Assembly (NCBI GenBank): GCA_016212695.1
Contig: JACREX010000210.1
Span: forward strand, 912 to 64,911
Origin: Bacteroidia bacterium
GTDB lineage: Bacteria > Bacteroidota > Bacteroidia > Bacteroidales > GWF2-35-48
Length of the DNA: 64,000 bases
Reading direction: 5' to 3'
In this document: positions 53,088-62,359 of the stretch, piece by piece
Layout of the letters: every line of letters starts with the position of its first letter
How positions within the stretch are numbered: position 1 is the first letter of the stretch
Notes under the pieces: model-generated
Database searches by the model: none
The model's input: the letters and a program-made list of their open reading frames with translations, nothing else
Told to the model about the DNA's origin: nothing
Made by a program: the position numbers and the translations under genes

Positions 53088-53846
53088 ATGCGAAGAATAC
53101 GAGTTATACCCACGTTGCTGATTCAAAACGGAGGTTTGGTTAAAGGCAAAAACTTTAAAAACCACCAGTATGTCGGAGATCCTATCAATTCTGTCAGGAT
53201 TTTTAACGAAAAAGAAGTTGATGAACTGGCCATTATTGATATATCGGCTACCAAACAAAGAAAAGTCCCGAATATTATTCAAATTGCAGAAATTGCATCA
53301 GAAGCCTTCATGCCCTTGTCTTATGGCGGTGGAATAACAAATCTGGAACAAGCCGACCAGATTTTTTTTAATGGAATTGAAAAAGTAATATTAAATTATT
53401 CTGCAGTTAATAATCCTGTATTAATAACTCAAATTGCAAATAAATATGGAAACCAGAGCGTGGTGGCGAGCATGGATGTGAAAAAAAACTGGTCGGGCAA
53501 AACTAGTGTTTACACAGGGTGTGGAAATGAAAATACAAAAAAGAATCCGGTGCAGTTTGCAAGAGAATGCGAAAGCCGCGGTGCGGGAGAAATTTTATTA
53601 ACATCCGTTGATCGTGAAGGAACCTATATGGGGTATGATATAATCCTGATAAGAGAGATTTGCAATGCCGTTTCTGTCCCGGTGATTGCAAATGGAGGAG
53701 CAGGCGGCATTAACCATTTTAAAGAGGCAATTGCAAATGGAGCATCCGCAGTGGCTGCCGGTAATATGTTTATCTACCAGCGTCCGCGTAATGCAGTTTT
53801 AATCAGTTATTTGAATCAGCAGGAAATAAATTCATTAAGGATTTAA
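53088..53846 (+). CDS. HisF-like cyclase subunit (WbuZ-type, glycan-locus paralog)
   Basis: RVIPTLLI...G.LVKG..F, DE(L)AIIDI, GGGI and GA..V..G blocks of the HisF (beta/alpha)8 barrel. The ATG follows directly after the hisH-like stop. Confidence 0.75.
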   Translation: MRRIRVIPTLLIQNGGLVKGKNFKNHQYVGDPINSVRIFNEKEVDELAIIDISATKQRKVPNIIQIAEIASEAFMPLSYGGGITNLEQADQIFFNGIEKVILNYSAVNNPVLITQIANKYGNQSVVASMDVKKNWSGKTSVYTGCGNENTKKNPVQFARECESRGAGEILLTSVDREGTYMGYDIILIREICNAVSVPVIANGGAGGINHFKEAIANGASAVAAGNMFIYQRPRNAVLISYLNQQEINSLRI

Positions 53847-53865
53847 TACTATTGATTTGTTTCAT

Positions 53866-53979
53866 AATGAATTACCAGATTTGTTCAAAATGTATAAAAA
53901 ATGTTTGCATACAAACCTTGAAAATGCCCAATGGCTCGAAGACAGATTAGTAAATATTCCAAGTAGTGTAAGAATATGA
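53866..53979 (+). pseudogene. Orphan 3' end (last ~37 codons) of a DegT-type aminotransferase gene; copy R1 of a three-copy repeat
   Basis: Reads NELPDLFKMYKKCLHTNLENAQWLEDRLVNIPSSVRI*. Positions 53890-53979 align without gaps to 62270-62359 with about 6-7 mismatches in 90 nt, by eye. It keeps the same ATGA stop/start overlap. Confidence 0.8.
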
Positions 53980-55409
53980 TCAATACTATTCCTGATATAA
54001 TAAAGCAAGGCGAGGGTGTTTCTGTAGAATTTAAGAAAACAGGTCGTCAACTTCCTGAAAATATTTTTGATACAATTTGTGCTTTTTTAAATCGGAATGG
54101 TGGAACTATTTTATTAGGGGTCAATGATGATAAAACCATTGAAGGTGTTGATGAAAATCAAGCTGTGATATTTTGCAAAAATATTGCCAATTTAAGCAAT
54201 AATCCTCAAAAACTATATCCCTCTTTTCTTATTGAGCCACAAATTGTTTTATATAAAAAGAAAACACTTATTTCTATTTTTGTTCCTATATCATCGCAAG
54301 TACATAAATGCAATGGTAAAATATTTGACAGGAGTGTTGATGGTGATTTTGAACTTAAATCAGATAAGCAAATAATGAATTTATATACTCGGAAGAATTC
54401 GCTGTATTCTGAAAATACAATTTATCCGTTTTTAAAAGAAAAGGATTTTAAACCAGGGATTGTTGAAAAATCTAGAAAGCTTATAAAACTAAACAGATCT
54501 GATCATCCATGGAATGATCTTTCAAATAAGGAGTTTTTTAATACCTCAGGCTTATTTCGAAAAGACCTTGCAACGGGTATCACCGGATTTACTTTGGCCT
54601 CATTACTTTTGTTCGGTAAAGATGAAATTATTCGAAGTGCCATTCCACATTACAAGACAGACGTATTGTTGCGCAGGGTTGACACTGACAGGTACGATGA
54701 TCGTGAAAATATCCGGTGCAATCTGATTGATGCCTATGAGAAATTAATGAACTTTATTGAAAAACATTTACCGGATAAGTTCTTTATGGAAGGTACTCAA
54801 CGCATTTCGTTACGCGATAAAATCTTTCGTGAAATTGTTGCAAATATTATTATTCACAGAGAATATACGAATGCTTACCCTGCTTCTCTTATAATTTTTA
54901 AGGATAGGGTTGAAACTGTAAACGCAAATAAACCACATGTCTTTGGGCAATTATTACCTGGTAATTTTACTCCTTTCCCGAAAAATCCAAATATTGCACA
55001 ATTATTCACTCAAATGGGCCGTTCTGAAGAACTGGGAACCGGAATAAGAAATGTATTTAAATATTCAAAGGCTTATTCCGGCAGCGAAAATATTGTTTTT
55101 AAAGAAGAGGATAATTTTATTGGAATAGTTCCATTAAGTGTGAAGTTAGATAATACCAGTAGTAATAATGGGGGATTAAATGGGGGATTAAATGGGGGAT
55201 TAAATGGGGGATTAAATGGGGGGTTAAAAGAGAATATAGTTATTGTTAAAACATATATTTATAAGCATCCAGGCAAAAAAACAATTGAAATTGCTGAAGC
55301 TACCCACATCCCTTTCAAAACACTTGAGAAATGGCTGAAAAAACTAAAAGATGCAGGCATAATTGAATTCAGGGGTAGTAAGAAAACAGGTGGTTATTTT
55401 GCATTGTAA
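53976..55409 (+). CDS. AlbA_2 (Schlafen-like) DNA-binding domain protein with an ATPase-like central region and C-terminal wHTH (RecG-like putative regulator family)
   Basis: N-terminal GEGVSVEFKKT....ICAFLNRNGGTILLGVNDDKTIEGV AlbA_2 signature. C-terminal KKTIEIAEATHIPFKTLEKWLKKLKDAGIIEFRGSKKTGGY winged helix. Confidence 0.6.
   Translation: MINTIPDIIKQGEGVSVEFKKTGRQLPENIFDTICAFLNRNGGTILLGVNDDKTIEGVDENQAVIFCKNIANLSNNPQKLYPSFLIEPQIVLYKKKTLISIFVPISSQVHKCNGKIFDRSVDGDFELKSDKQIMNLYTRKNSLYSENTIYPFLKEKDFKPGIVEKSRKLIKLNRSDHPWNDLSNKEFFNTSGLFRKDLATGITGFTLASLLLFGKDEIIRSAIPHYKTDVLLRRVDTDRYDDRENIRCNLIDAYEKLMNFIEKHLPDKFFMEGTQRISLRDKIFREIVANIIIHREYTNAYPASLIIFKDRVETVNANKPHVFGQLLPGNFTPFPKNPNIAQLFTQMGRSEELGTGIRNVFKYSKAYSGSENIVFKEEDNFIGIVPLSVKLDNTSSNNGGLNGGLNGGLNGGLNGGLKENIVIVKTYIYKHPGKKTIEIAEATHIPFKTLEKWLKKLKDAGIIEFRGSKKTGGYFAL
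55170..55229 (+). repeat. 12-bp tandem repeat x5 (GGGGGATTAAAT) encoding (GGLN)4-GGLK linker
   Basis: Read directly from the sequence. Four perfect units plus one variant. The position was anchored by codon counting from the ORF stop. Confidence 0.9.
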
Positions 55410-55466
55410 AATGCACAATGGCTCGAAGACAGATTAATAAATATTCCGAGTAGCGTGAGAATATAA
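55410..55466 (+). repeat. Copy R2 of the aminotransferase 3'-end repeat (NAQWLEDRLINIPSSVRI*)
   Basis: Starts right after the AlbA_2 gene stop, in frame with it. It has 3 mismatches to 62303-62359, and the terminal ATGA has changed to ATAA. Confidence 0.85.
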
Positions 55467-55592
55467 GAGCTGGCAGTGATAAAACAGGTTATTGAAAATT
55501 AAAAGTCAACTATAAAAATTAATTGGTACATTGAGTAACCGAATAATCCCCCATCAATTAATCATCACATCAGCACATTTCCAAATTAAATA

Positions 55593-56870
55593 ATGAACAC
55601 CGTAATCCAGATAATAAACGTCTCCAAGCAATACCGCTTAGGCCAGATTGGAACAGGAACCATTTCCAATGATTTTAAGCGATGGCTTTTCAAAACATTT
55701 AAGAACGAAGACCCTTTTGCACGTGTTGGCTCAGAAAATACACTAAATATAAAAGGCGGAGACTATGTGTGGGCGCTTAAAGATATTAACATGGAAGTGA
55801 AACAGGGTGAAGTACTTGGTATTATCGGTAAAAACGGAGCCGGTAAATCTACCTTGTTAAAAATATTATCGCGTGTTACGGGTCCTACTACTGGTGAAAT
55901 TAATATTAAAGGCCGTGTTGCCAGCCTGCTCGAAGTTGGCACAGGTTTTCACCCTGAACTCACAGGCCGAGAAAACATATTTCTTAATGGAGCTATACTG
56001 GGTATGACAAAAGCTGAAATAAAAAATAAATTTGATGAAATAGTTGATTTTTCTGGTGTTGAAAAATACATTGATACTCCTGTTAAGCGTTATTCCAGCG
56101 GCATGTATGTGCGCCTGGCTTTTGCTGTCGCCGCTCATCTTGACCCGGAAATATTAATTATTGATGAAGTGCTGGCAGTTGGAGATTCAGAGTTTCAAAA
56201 AAAATGTCTTGGGAAAATGCAGAAAGTCGCAGGACAGGGAAGAACTGTGTTGTTTGTAAGCCATAATATGTATGCAATTAAACAATTATGTAAACGTTGT
56301 ATATTAATCAAAAATGGAAATATAATTGCAAACGATGAACCAAATATAATAACAGAAATATATTTAAATGATACACTAATTGAAGCAAATGTTGCAGAAA
56401 GAAAATTTCAAGATGATGAAACAAAAGAATTCCAATTATTAACAGTACGTCTTTTAAATAATAATAATGAAGTAACTCAATATTTTAATTGTGATGAAGT
56501 TGTTTCTATAGAATTTACATTTAAAACAAAATGCAAATTACCTGATTTATATGGTTGTATTTCGATTTATGATAAAGAAAATTTACCTATTTTATCTTCG
56601 TATTCTTTAGATATTAATCCGGATTGTCTTTATTTTTTGGAATCAGGCATTTATAAAACATGTATTAATATCCCTCCACGAACTCTTGGACATGGGAAAT
56701 ATTCTGTTATTATGGGATTTGCTTCACCACAATCAATTAATCAAACTTATTTTACAAATCAATATGTTTGTTCGTTTGAATTAAATGATATTAAAACAAC
56801 TGTTGGCAATAAAAGAGTAGGATATTTTAGCACTTTATTAAATTGGAATATAATAAAGATCAGTAATTAA
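55593..56870 (+). CDS. wzt: Polysaccharide ABC exporter ATP-binding protein with C-terminal glycan-binding-type extension
   Basis: Walker A GKNGAGKST, signature YSSGM, Walker B ILIIDE. The ~170-aa C-terminal beta-rich extension resembles Wzt proteins that recognise a modified chain end. Confidence 0.8.
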   Translation: MNTVIQIINVSKQYRLGQIGTGTISNDFKRWLFKTFKNEDPFARVGSENTLNIKGGDYVWALKDINMEVKQGEVLGIIGKNGAGKSTLLKILSRVTGPTTGEINIKGRVASLLEVGTGFHPELTGRENIFLNGAILGMTKAEIKNKFDEIVDFSGVEKYIDTPVKRYSSGMYVRLAFAVAAHLDPEILIIDEVLAVGDSEFQKKCLGKMQKVAGQGRTVLFVSHNMYAIKQLCKRCILIKNGNIIANDEPNIITEIYLNDTLIEANVAERKFQDDETKEFQLLTVRLLNNNNEVTQYFNCDEVVSIEFTFKTKCKLPDLYGCISIYDKENLPILSSYSLDINPDCLYFLESGIYKTCINIPPRTLGHGKYSVIMGFASPQSINQTYFTNQYVCSFELNDIKTTVGNKRVGYFSTLLNWNIIKISN

Positions 56871-56883
56871 ATTTAAGAAAAGC

Positions 56884-57786
56884 ATGAAAAGAATATTTAA
56901 GAGACATATTAAAAATTGGTTAAATAATTATGGTTATGAGATTATAAAAAAGAAAGATGATACAGATACGGAAGATAAGAAGAATAAGGACTTAGATATC
57001 TATAATAGAATTTATAATACAGATAGTGTAAACAATAAACGATTTTATAACATTGGGGCTGGTAGCTTTAATCATCCATTATGGACTAATGTTGATAAAG
57101 ACTCTGATTGGTATGGAAAATTAAATGGATCGTCTATTAATTATGATCTACTTACAAATGATTCAATTCCAATTCAAACAGAAACAGCAGAAATAGTTTA
57201 TACAAGCCATACTATTGAACATATTTTTGATGACAATGCCAAGCATTTATTTGCTGAGGTTTTCCGAATTTTAAAACCCAGAGCTTATTTCAGGATAACA
57301 TGTCCTGATGTTGATTTAGATTATAGAGCATATAAAGAAAATGATCGTGATTATTTTTATTGGATTGATTATTATAGTAACCCAGAAGTTTGTAAACAAA
57401 TGGATATGAAAATCCCGTTAAATGAAGCATCTACTTCGCAAATATTCTTGGATCATTTTGCGCAACATACTTCAGTTATTTTTAATTATGGGGCAGAAAT
57501 CCGTATTAATGATGAAGAGTTTCACCGGGTTTTTAAAGAATTAGATTATGAATCTGCATTGAATTATTGTACTTCAAAATGTTCCCGCGAGTTGCAAAAG
57601 AATACGGTTGGAAGTCATATAAATTGGTGGAATAAAAAGAAAGTTATACGATATTTAAAAAATGCAGGGTTTACAGAAATATATGAATCAGCTTATGGTC
57701 AAAGCAGATCCCCTGTGTTAAGAAATGTTAATTTATTTGATAACTCAAATCCTAAAATATCACTTTATATTGAAGCAAAAAAATGA
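56884..57786 (+). CDS. Class I SAM-dependent methyltransferase
   Basis: YNIGAGSF (motif I-like), VYTSHTIEHI and FRILKPRAYFRITCPD (Methyltransf_11-like post-I/II). Confidence 0.6.
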   Translation: MKRIFKRHIKNWLNNYGYEIIKKKDDTDTEDKKNKDLDIYNRIYNTDSVNNKRFYNIGAGSFNHPLWTNVDKDSDWYGKLNGSSINYDLLTNDSIPIQTETAEIVYTSHTIEHIFDDNAKHLFAEVFRILKPRAYFRITCPDVDLDYRAYKENDRDYFYWIDYYSNPEVCKQMDMKIPLNEASTSQIFLDHFAQHTSVIFNYGAEIRINDEEFHRVFKELDYESALNYCTSKCSRELQKNTVGSHINWWNKKKVIRYLKNAGFTEIYESAYGQSRSPVLRNVNLFDNSNPKISLYIEAKK

Positions 57787-58766
57787 AAGAAAATAAAAAT
57801 ATTTTAGTTACGGGTGGTGCTGGTTATATTGGAAGTGTTTTAGTAAGACTACTTCTCGAAAAAGGGTATTATGTTACTGTACTTGATAATTTAAGTTTCG
57901 GCGGAGAACCGATTCTGGATTTATTGAATTTGTCTAGATTTACTTTTATAAAAGGTGATGTTCGGAATGAAAAAGATGTTGAAAAATCTGTTAAGGGAAT
58001 TGACTACATAGCTCACCTTGCCGCTATTGTTGGAGATCCTGCTTGTGCAAAAAATCCGGAATTGACAACTTCAACTAATCTTGTAGGAGCAAAGATGCTA
58101 TATCAAAAAGCAAATGAAGCAGGAGTTAAAAAGTTTATTTTTTCTTCTACGTGTAGTAACTATGGAAAAATGAAAGATACGGAGAGTTTTGTGACAGAAG
58201 AATCAGAATTATCTCCGATATCTTTATATGCTGAAACAAAAGTTGGATTTGAATTTTTTTTATTATCACAAAATAAAACAAATGTTTGCAAACCAACCTG
58301 CCTGAGATTTTCTACAGTATATGGATTATCTCTGCGACCAAGATTTGATTTAACGGTTAATGAATTTACTAAAGAATTGGCATTAGGCAGAGAACTGGTT
58401 ATTTTCGGCGAACAATTTTGGAGACCCTATTGTCATGTAGTTGATTTAGCTAGGGCTGTGGTATTATGTATTGAAAGTGAATCTGAAAAAGTTGCTTTTG
58501 ATGTTTTTAATGTTGGAGATACTACGGAAAATTATCAGAAGCAAATGATTGTTGATGAAATAAAGAAATTTTTACCTGAGTCTCAGATAAAATATGTTCA
58601 TAAAAGTGAAGATCCAAGAGATTACAGAGTGAACTTTAATAAAATAAAAAATAGGCTTGGGTATGAAATTACCAAAAAAGTTCCAGACGGAATAGTTCAG
58701 ATAATAAAAATTATTGATGATGGTTTTCTTTCAGATCCGGATGACAATAAATATAAAAACAGCTAA
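57783..58766 (+). CDS. NAD-dependent sugar epimerase/dehydratase (SDR family)
   Basis: ILVTGGAGYIGS Rossmann motif, SST...Y...K catalytic triad (SSTCSNYG, YAETK). 327 aa. Confidence 0.8.
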   Translation: MKENKNILVTGGAGYIGSVLVRLLLEKGYYVTVLDNLSFGGEPILDLLNLSRFTFIKGDVRNEKDVEKSVKGIDYIAHLAAIVGDPACAKNPELTTSTNLVGAKMLYQKANEAGVKKFIFSSTCSNYGKMKDTESFVTEESELSPISLYAETKVGFEFFLLSQNKTNVCKPTCLRFSTVYGLSLRPRFDLTVNEFTKELALGRELVIFGEQFWRPYCHVVDLARAVVLCIESESEKVAFDVFNVGDTTENYQKQMIVDEIKKFLPESQIKYVHKSEDPRDYRVNFNKIKNRLGYEITKKVPDGIVQIIKIIDDGFLSDPDDNKYKNS

Positions 58767-60271
58767 TGTTATTTAATTCATTTAGTTTTCTGTTTTTTTT
58801 TCCTTTTGTTACTGGCTTATATTTTTTACTGCCACACAAATACCGCTGGTTGTTGCTATTGACAGCTAGTTGTATTTTTTATATGGCCTTCATTCCAGAG
58901 TATATTTTAATACTTTTTATTACAATTTTAATTGATTACTTTGCTGGTATTTATATAGAAAAGAGTACGGACAGCAAAAAGAAAAAATATTTAATAATTA
59001 GTATTATTTCTACTTGTTTAGTACTTTTTGTTTTTAAATACTTTAATTTTTTTAATTTAAATTTTGCTAAATTAGCAAGAGTTCTGGATTTAAATTATCC
59101 GATTGATGTTTTAAAAATTATTTTACCTATAGGGTTATCATTTCATACATTTCAAAGCCTCAGCTATGTAATTGAAGTTTACAGAGGAAACCAAAAAGTA
59201 GAAAAGAACTTTGGAATATATTCGCTTTATGTAATGTTCTACCCTCAATTGGTTGCAGGCCCTATTGAGCGTCCTCAGAATTTGCTTCCACAATTTTATC
59301 AGAAGCATACTTTTGATTACAAAAGAGTGACTGATGGATTGAAATTAATGGCATGGGGAATGTTTAAAAAGGTTGTCATTGCCGACAGGCTGGCAATTTT
59401 AGTGAATCAAATTTATGACACACCCGGCGAGCATTCCGGTGCAGTGCTTTTTCTTGCTACATTTTTTTTTGCATTTCAGATATATTGTGATTTTTCAGGT
59501 TATTCCGATATCGCTCTTGGGGCAGCACAAGTAATGGGGTTTAAATTAATGCGGAATTTCAATAGACCATATCTTTCAAAATCAATTTCTGAGTTTTGGA
59601 AAAGATGGCACATCTCTCTTTCTTCATGGTTTAGAGATTATATGTATATTTCACTTGGCGGAAACAGAGTCGTAAAATGGAGGTGGTATTATAATCTTTT
59701 TATAACCTTTACTATTAGCGGCCTTTGGCATGGAGCCAACTGGACATTTATAATTTGGGGTGCACTCAATGGTTTTTATCTTGTATTTGCAATTTTAACG
59801 GATAATACGAAAATGAAAATTGCTAAATTTATAGGGTTGCATAAAATACCTAAAGCGAATATTGTATTGAATGTACTATTTACATTTGCATTAACTTGCT
59901 TTGCATGGATATTTTTTCGAGCCCGAAGTCTTAGTGATGCATTTTTAATAATTAAAAAAATATTTATTTCACTGTTTGAATTTATTATTAATTTAAAAAA
60001 TATCATTTTAAAATCTTCAATTATCACAAGTAATTTTATTTCAAGTGATTTTATTTCTTTTTGGAATACGAACTCGAAAAGTATTATAATATCTTTTATT
60101 TTATTAATATTTCTGACTATTATTCAGATATATCAGAGACGAGGGAGTTTAATTCAAATAATATCAGAAAAGTCGTTATTGTTCAGGTGGTCTTCCTATT
60201 TTATTTTAGTATTTGCTATTTATTATCTTGGAGTATTTGATAATACTGCATTTATCTATTTTCAATTTTAG
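58766..60271 (+). CDS. MBOAT family O-acyltransferase (AlgI/DltB-like)
   Basis: Polytopic membrane protein with GLSFHTFQSLSY, FWKRWHISLSSWFRDY.YI.LGGN and the conserved His in SGLWHGANW. Confidence 0.8.
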   Translation: MLFNSFSFLFFFPFVTGLYFLLPHKYRWLLLLTASCIFYMAFIPEYILILFITILIDYFAGIYIEKSTDSKKKKYLIISIISTCLVLFVFKYFNFFNLNFAKLARVLDLNYPIDVLKIILPIGLSFHTFQSLSYVIEVYRGNQKVEKNFGIYSLYVMFYPQLVAGPIERPQNLLPQFYQKHTFDYKRVTDGLKLMAWGMFKKVVIADRLAILVNQIYDTPGEHSGAVLFLATFFFAFQIYCDFSGYSDIALGAAQVMGFKLMRNFNRPYLSKSISEFWKRWHISLSSWFRDYMYISLGGNRVVKWRWYYNLFITFTISGLWHGANWTFIIWGALNGFYLVFAILTDNTKMKIAKFIGLHKIPKANIVLNVLFTFALTCFAWIFFRARSLSDAFLIIKKIFISLFEFIINLKNIILKSSIITSNFISSDFISFWNTNSKSIIISFILLIFLTIIQIYQRRGSLIQIISEKSLLFRWSSYFILVFAIYYLGVFDNTAFIYFQF

Positions 60272-61210
60272 GTGAGAGAAATTTTAATAAAAATTATTTT
60301 GTTGTGTGGTGTATTTCATGCACTAGTTGCAATTATTATTTTGTTAAATAATTCTGTATCTATTTTTATTAAAACAAAAGAACATCAGTTTGAAAGATTT
60401 TTATTGGCAGAAAAAGAAATAAAAAAAACAGATGTTTTAATATTAGGAGATTCCAAATCTTTATGTGGAATCGATTCTGAAGAATTATCAGAGCTCTTTT
60501 ATAAGAAGTTTAATTATAAACCAAAGATATTGAATTTATCTATCTGGGCTGCTTCTCCAGTCGTTAATGAAGCGGTTTTATTTGATCTGCTTAACAAACA
60601 AAATTTATGTCATATTAAAATTATAATATATAATGTGACACATAGAAACTTGATTGACCGAGGAGGAGATAATATAAATTTTAAAAATTCGGTTAAAGAT
60701 TATTATAAAATTGGACGAAATATTTTTTGTAATTCTGTTGATAGATTTTTTTTAACTATTTTTTCAATAAAAGAGAAAGTTGAATTTTGTGGATTTTATC
60801 CTGTTTTTAATAATTACGGAGATATTGGAATAGATACTATTTCAACAAAACAGAAAGAAATAAGTGAAGATGAATTAAAAAATTACTATGCGGATTTGTC
60901 AAAATATAAACAGGTTGAAAGATTTATAACATTGCGTAAATTATTAATGAGTTTTCCTGATTCAACACAGAAAATTGTTGTTGTTTTGCCAGCTTCAAAA
61001 AAATATTTTATTACTGTGATGAGATATATTGAAGATTCGTATAGGAAATTTTTAGCAAATTGTAAGGCATTAGAAAATATTCCTAAAACAAAATTTATAA
61101 ATCTTCTGGAAATAGAAATACCAGTTAAATTTTATTATAATTCAGACCACGTTTTTATTACAGGAAGAAAAGAATATACGAAAATACTATTTGAAAATTT
61201 ACCGAATTAG
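60272..61210 (+). CDS. Membrane-anchored SGNH/DltD-AlgJ-like partner of the MBOAT
   Basis: GTG start immediately after the MBOAT stop. One N-terminal TM segment. The GDS motif (VLILGDSKSL) is typical of SGNH acyl-transfer proteins. Confidence 0.5.
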   Translation: MREILIKIILLCGVFHALVAIIILLNNSVSIFIKTKEHQFERFLLAEKEIKKTDVLILGDSKSLCGIDSEELSELFYKKFNYKPKILNLSIWAASPVVNEAVLFDLLNKQNLCHIKIIIYNVTHRNLIDRGGDNINFKNSVKDYYKIGRNIFCNSVDRFFLTIFSIKEKVEFCGFYPVFNNYGDIGIDTISTKQKEISEDELKNYYADLSKYKQVERFITLRKLLMSFPDSTQKIVVVLPASKKYFITVMRYIEDSYRKFLANCKALENIPKTKFINLLEIEIPVKFYYNSDHVFITGRKEYTKILFENLPN

Positions 61211-61216
61211 GATAAG

Positions 61217-62359
61217 ATGTTTAGCAATGAAATAAATTTTGTCAGGGAGATATATAAAACAAAGGATTTTATCCCACTTCACGCTCCTGTTTTTTCAGGC
61301 AATGAGAAAAAATATCTGAACGAATGTATTGATACAACGTTTGTTTCATACGTAGGTCGTTTTGTCTCTCTTTTTGAAGAAAAAATTGCAACATACACAG
61401 GTGCAAAATATGCTGTTGCAGTAGTTAATGGAACATGCGCCCTTGAAATCGCGTTAAAGCTTTGCGGCGTGAAACCCGGCGACGAAGTACTTACGCAGGC
61501 GCTCACATTTGTGGCTACCTCAAACGCTATAGCTTATTGTGGGGCAAATCATGTTTTTATTGATTCTGAAAAGCAAAACATGGGAATGAGTCCAGAGAAA
61601 CTCGAAGAATTTTTAAGGCAATTTGCCGAGATCAGAAACGATGGTTTTTGCTACAACAAAAAAACAAACAATAAAATTACAGCATGTGTTCCAGTGCATA
61701 TTTTTGGCCACCCATGTCTGATAGATAAAATAAATAACATATGCAATAAGTATAACATTGTCGTAGTTGAAGATGCCGCTGAATCCATTGGCAGCAAATA
61801 TTGCGGTAAGCATACAGGCACTTTCGGAAAAGCTGCCATATTGAGTTTTAATGGCAATAAAACCATTACAACCGGTGGCGGCGGAATGATTATTACCGAT
61901 GATGAACAACTCGCTAAAAAAGCAAAATACATTACCACAACTGCAAAAGTTCCGCATCCATACGAATTTTTTCATGATGAATTAGGATATAATTATCGTA
62001 TGACAAATGTGAATGCCGCCATTGGTTGCGCACAAATGGAAAAATTAGATGAGTATATTGCAAATAAAAGAGAAACTGCTATTTTATATAAAGAGTTTTT
62101 TACAAAACAGGGTATAGAATTTTTTACTGAAAAAGAAAATTGTTTTTCAAATTACTGGCTCAATATAATTTTTTTAAAAGACAGAAATCAACGTGATGAA
62201 TTTTTAAAATACACAAATGATAATGGTGTGATGACACGACCTGCATGGACACTCATGAACAAATTACCGATGTATAAAAATTGTCTGCATACAAATCTTG
62301 AAAATGCACAATGGCTCGAAGACAGATTAGTAAATATTCCGAGTAGTGTGAGAATATGA
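61217..62359 (+). CDS. DegT family aminotransferase (PglE/LegC/PseC-like); its 3' end is repeat copy R3
   Basis: PLP-aminotransferase blocks, including SFNGNKTITTGGGGMI (Lys). 380 aa. ATGA overlap with the next gene. Confidence 0.8.
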   Translation: MFSNEINFVREIYKTKDFIPLHAPVFSGNEKKYLNECIDTTFVSYVGRFVSLFEEKIATYTGAKYAVAVVNGTCALEIALKLCGVKPGDEVLTQALTFVATSNAIAYCGANHVFIDSEKQNMGMSPEKLEEFLRQFAEIRNDGFCYNKKTNNKITACVPVHIFGHPCLIDKINNICNKYNIVVVEDAAESIGSKYCGKHTGTFGKAAILSFNGNKTITTGGGGMIITDDEQLAKKAKYITTTAKVPHPYEFFHDELGYNYRMTNVNAAIGCAQMEKLDEYIANKRETAILYKEFFTKQGIEFFTEKENCFSNYWLNIIFLKDRNQRDEFLKYTNDNGVMTRPAWTLMNKLPMYKNCLHTNLENAQWLEDRLVNIPSSVRI

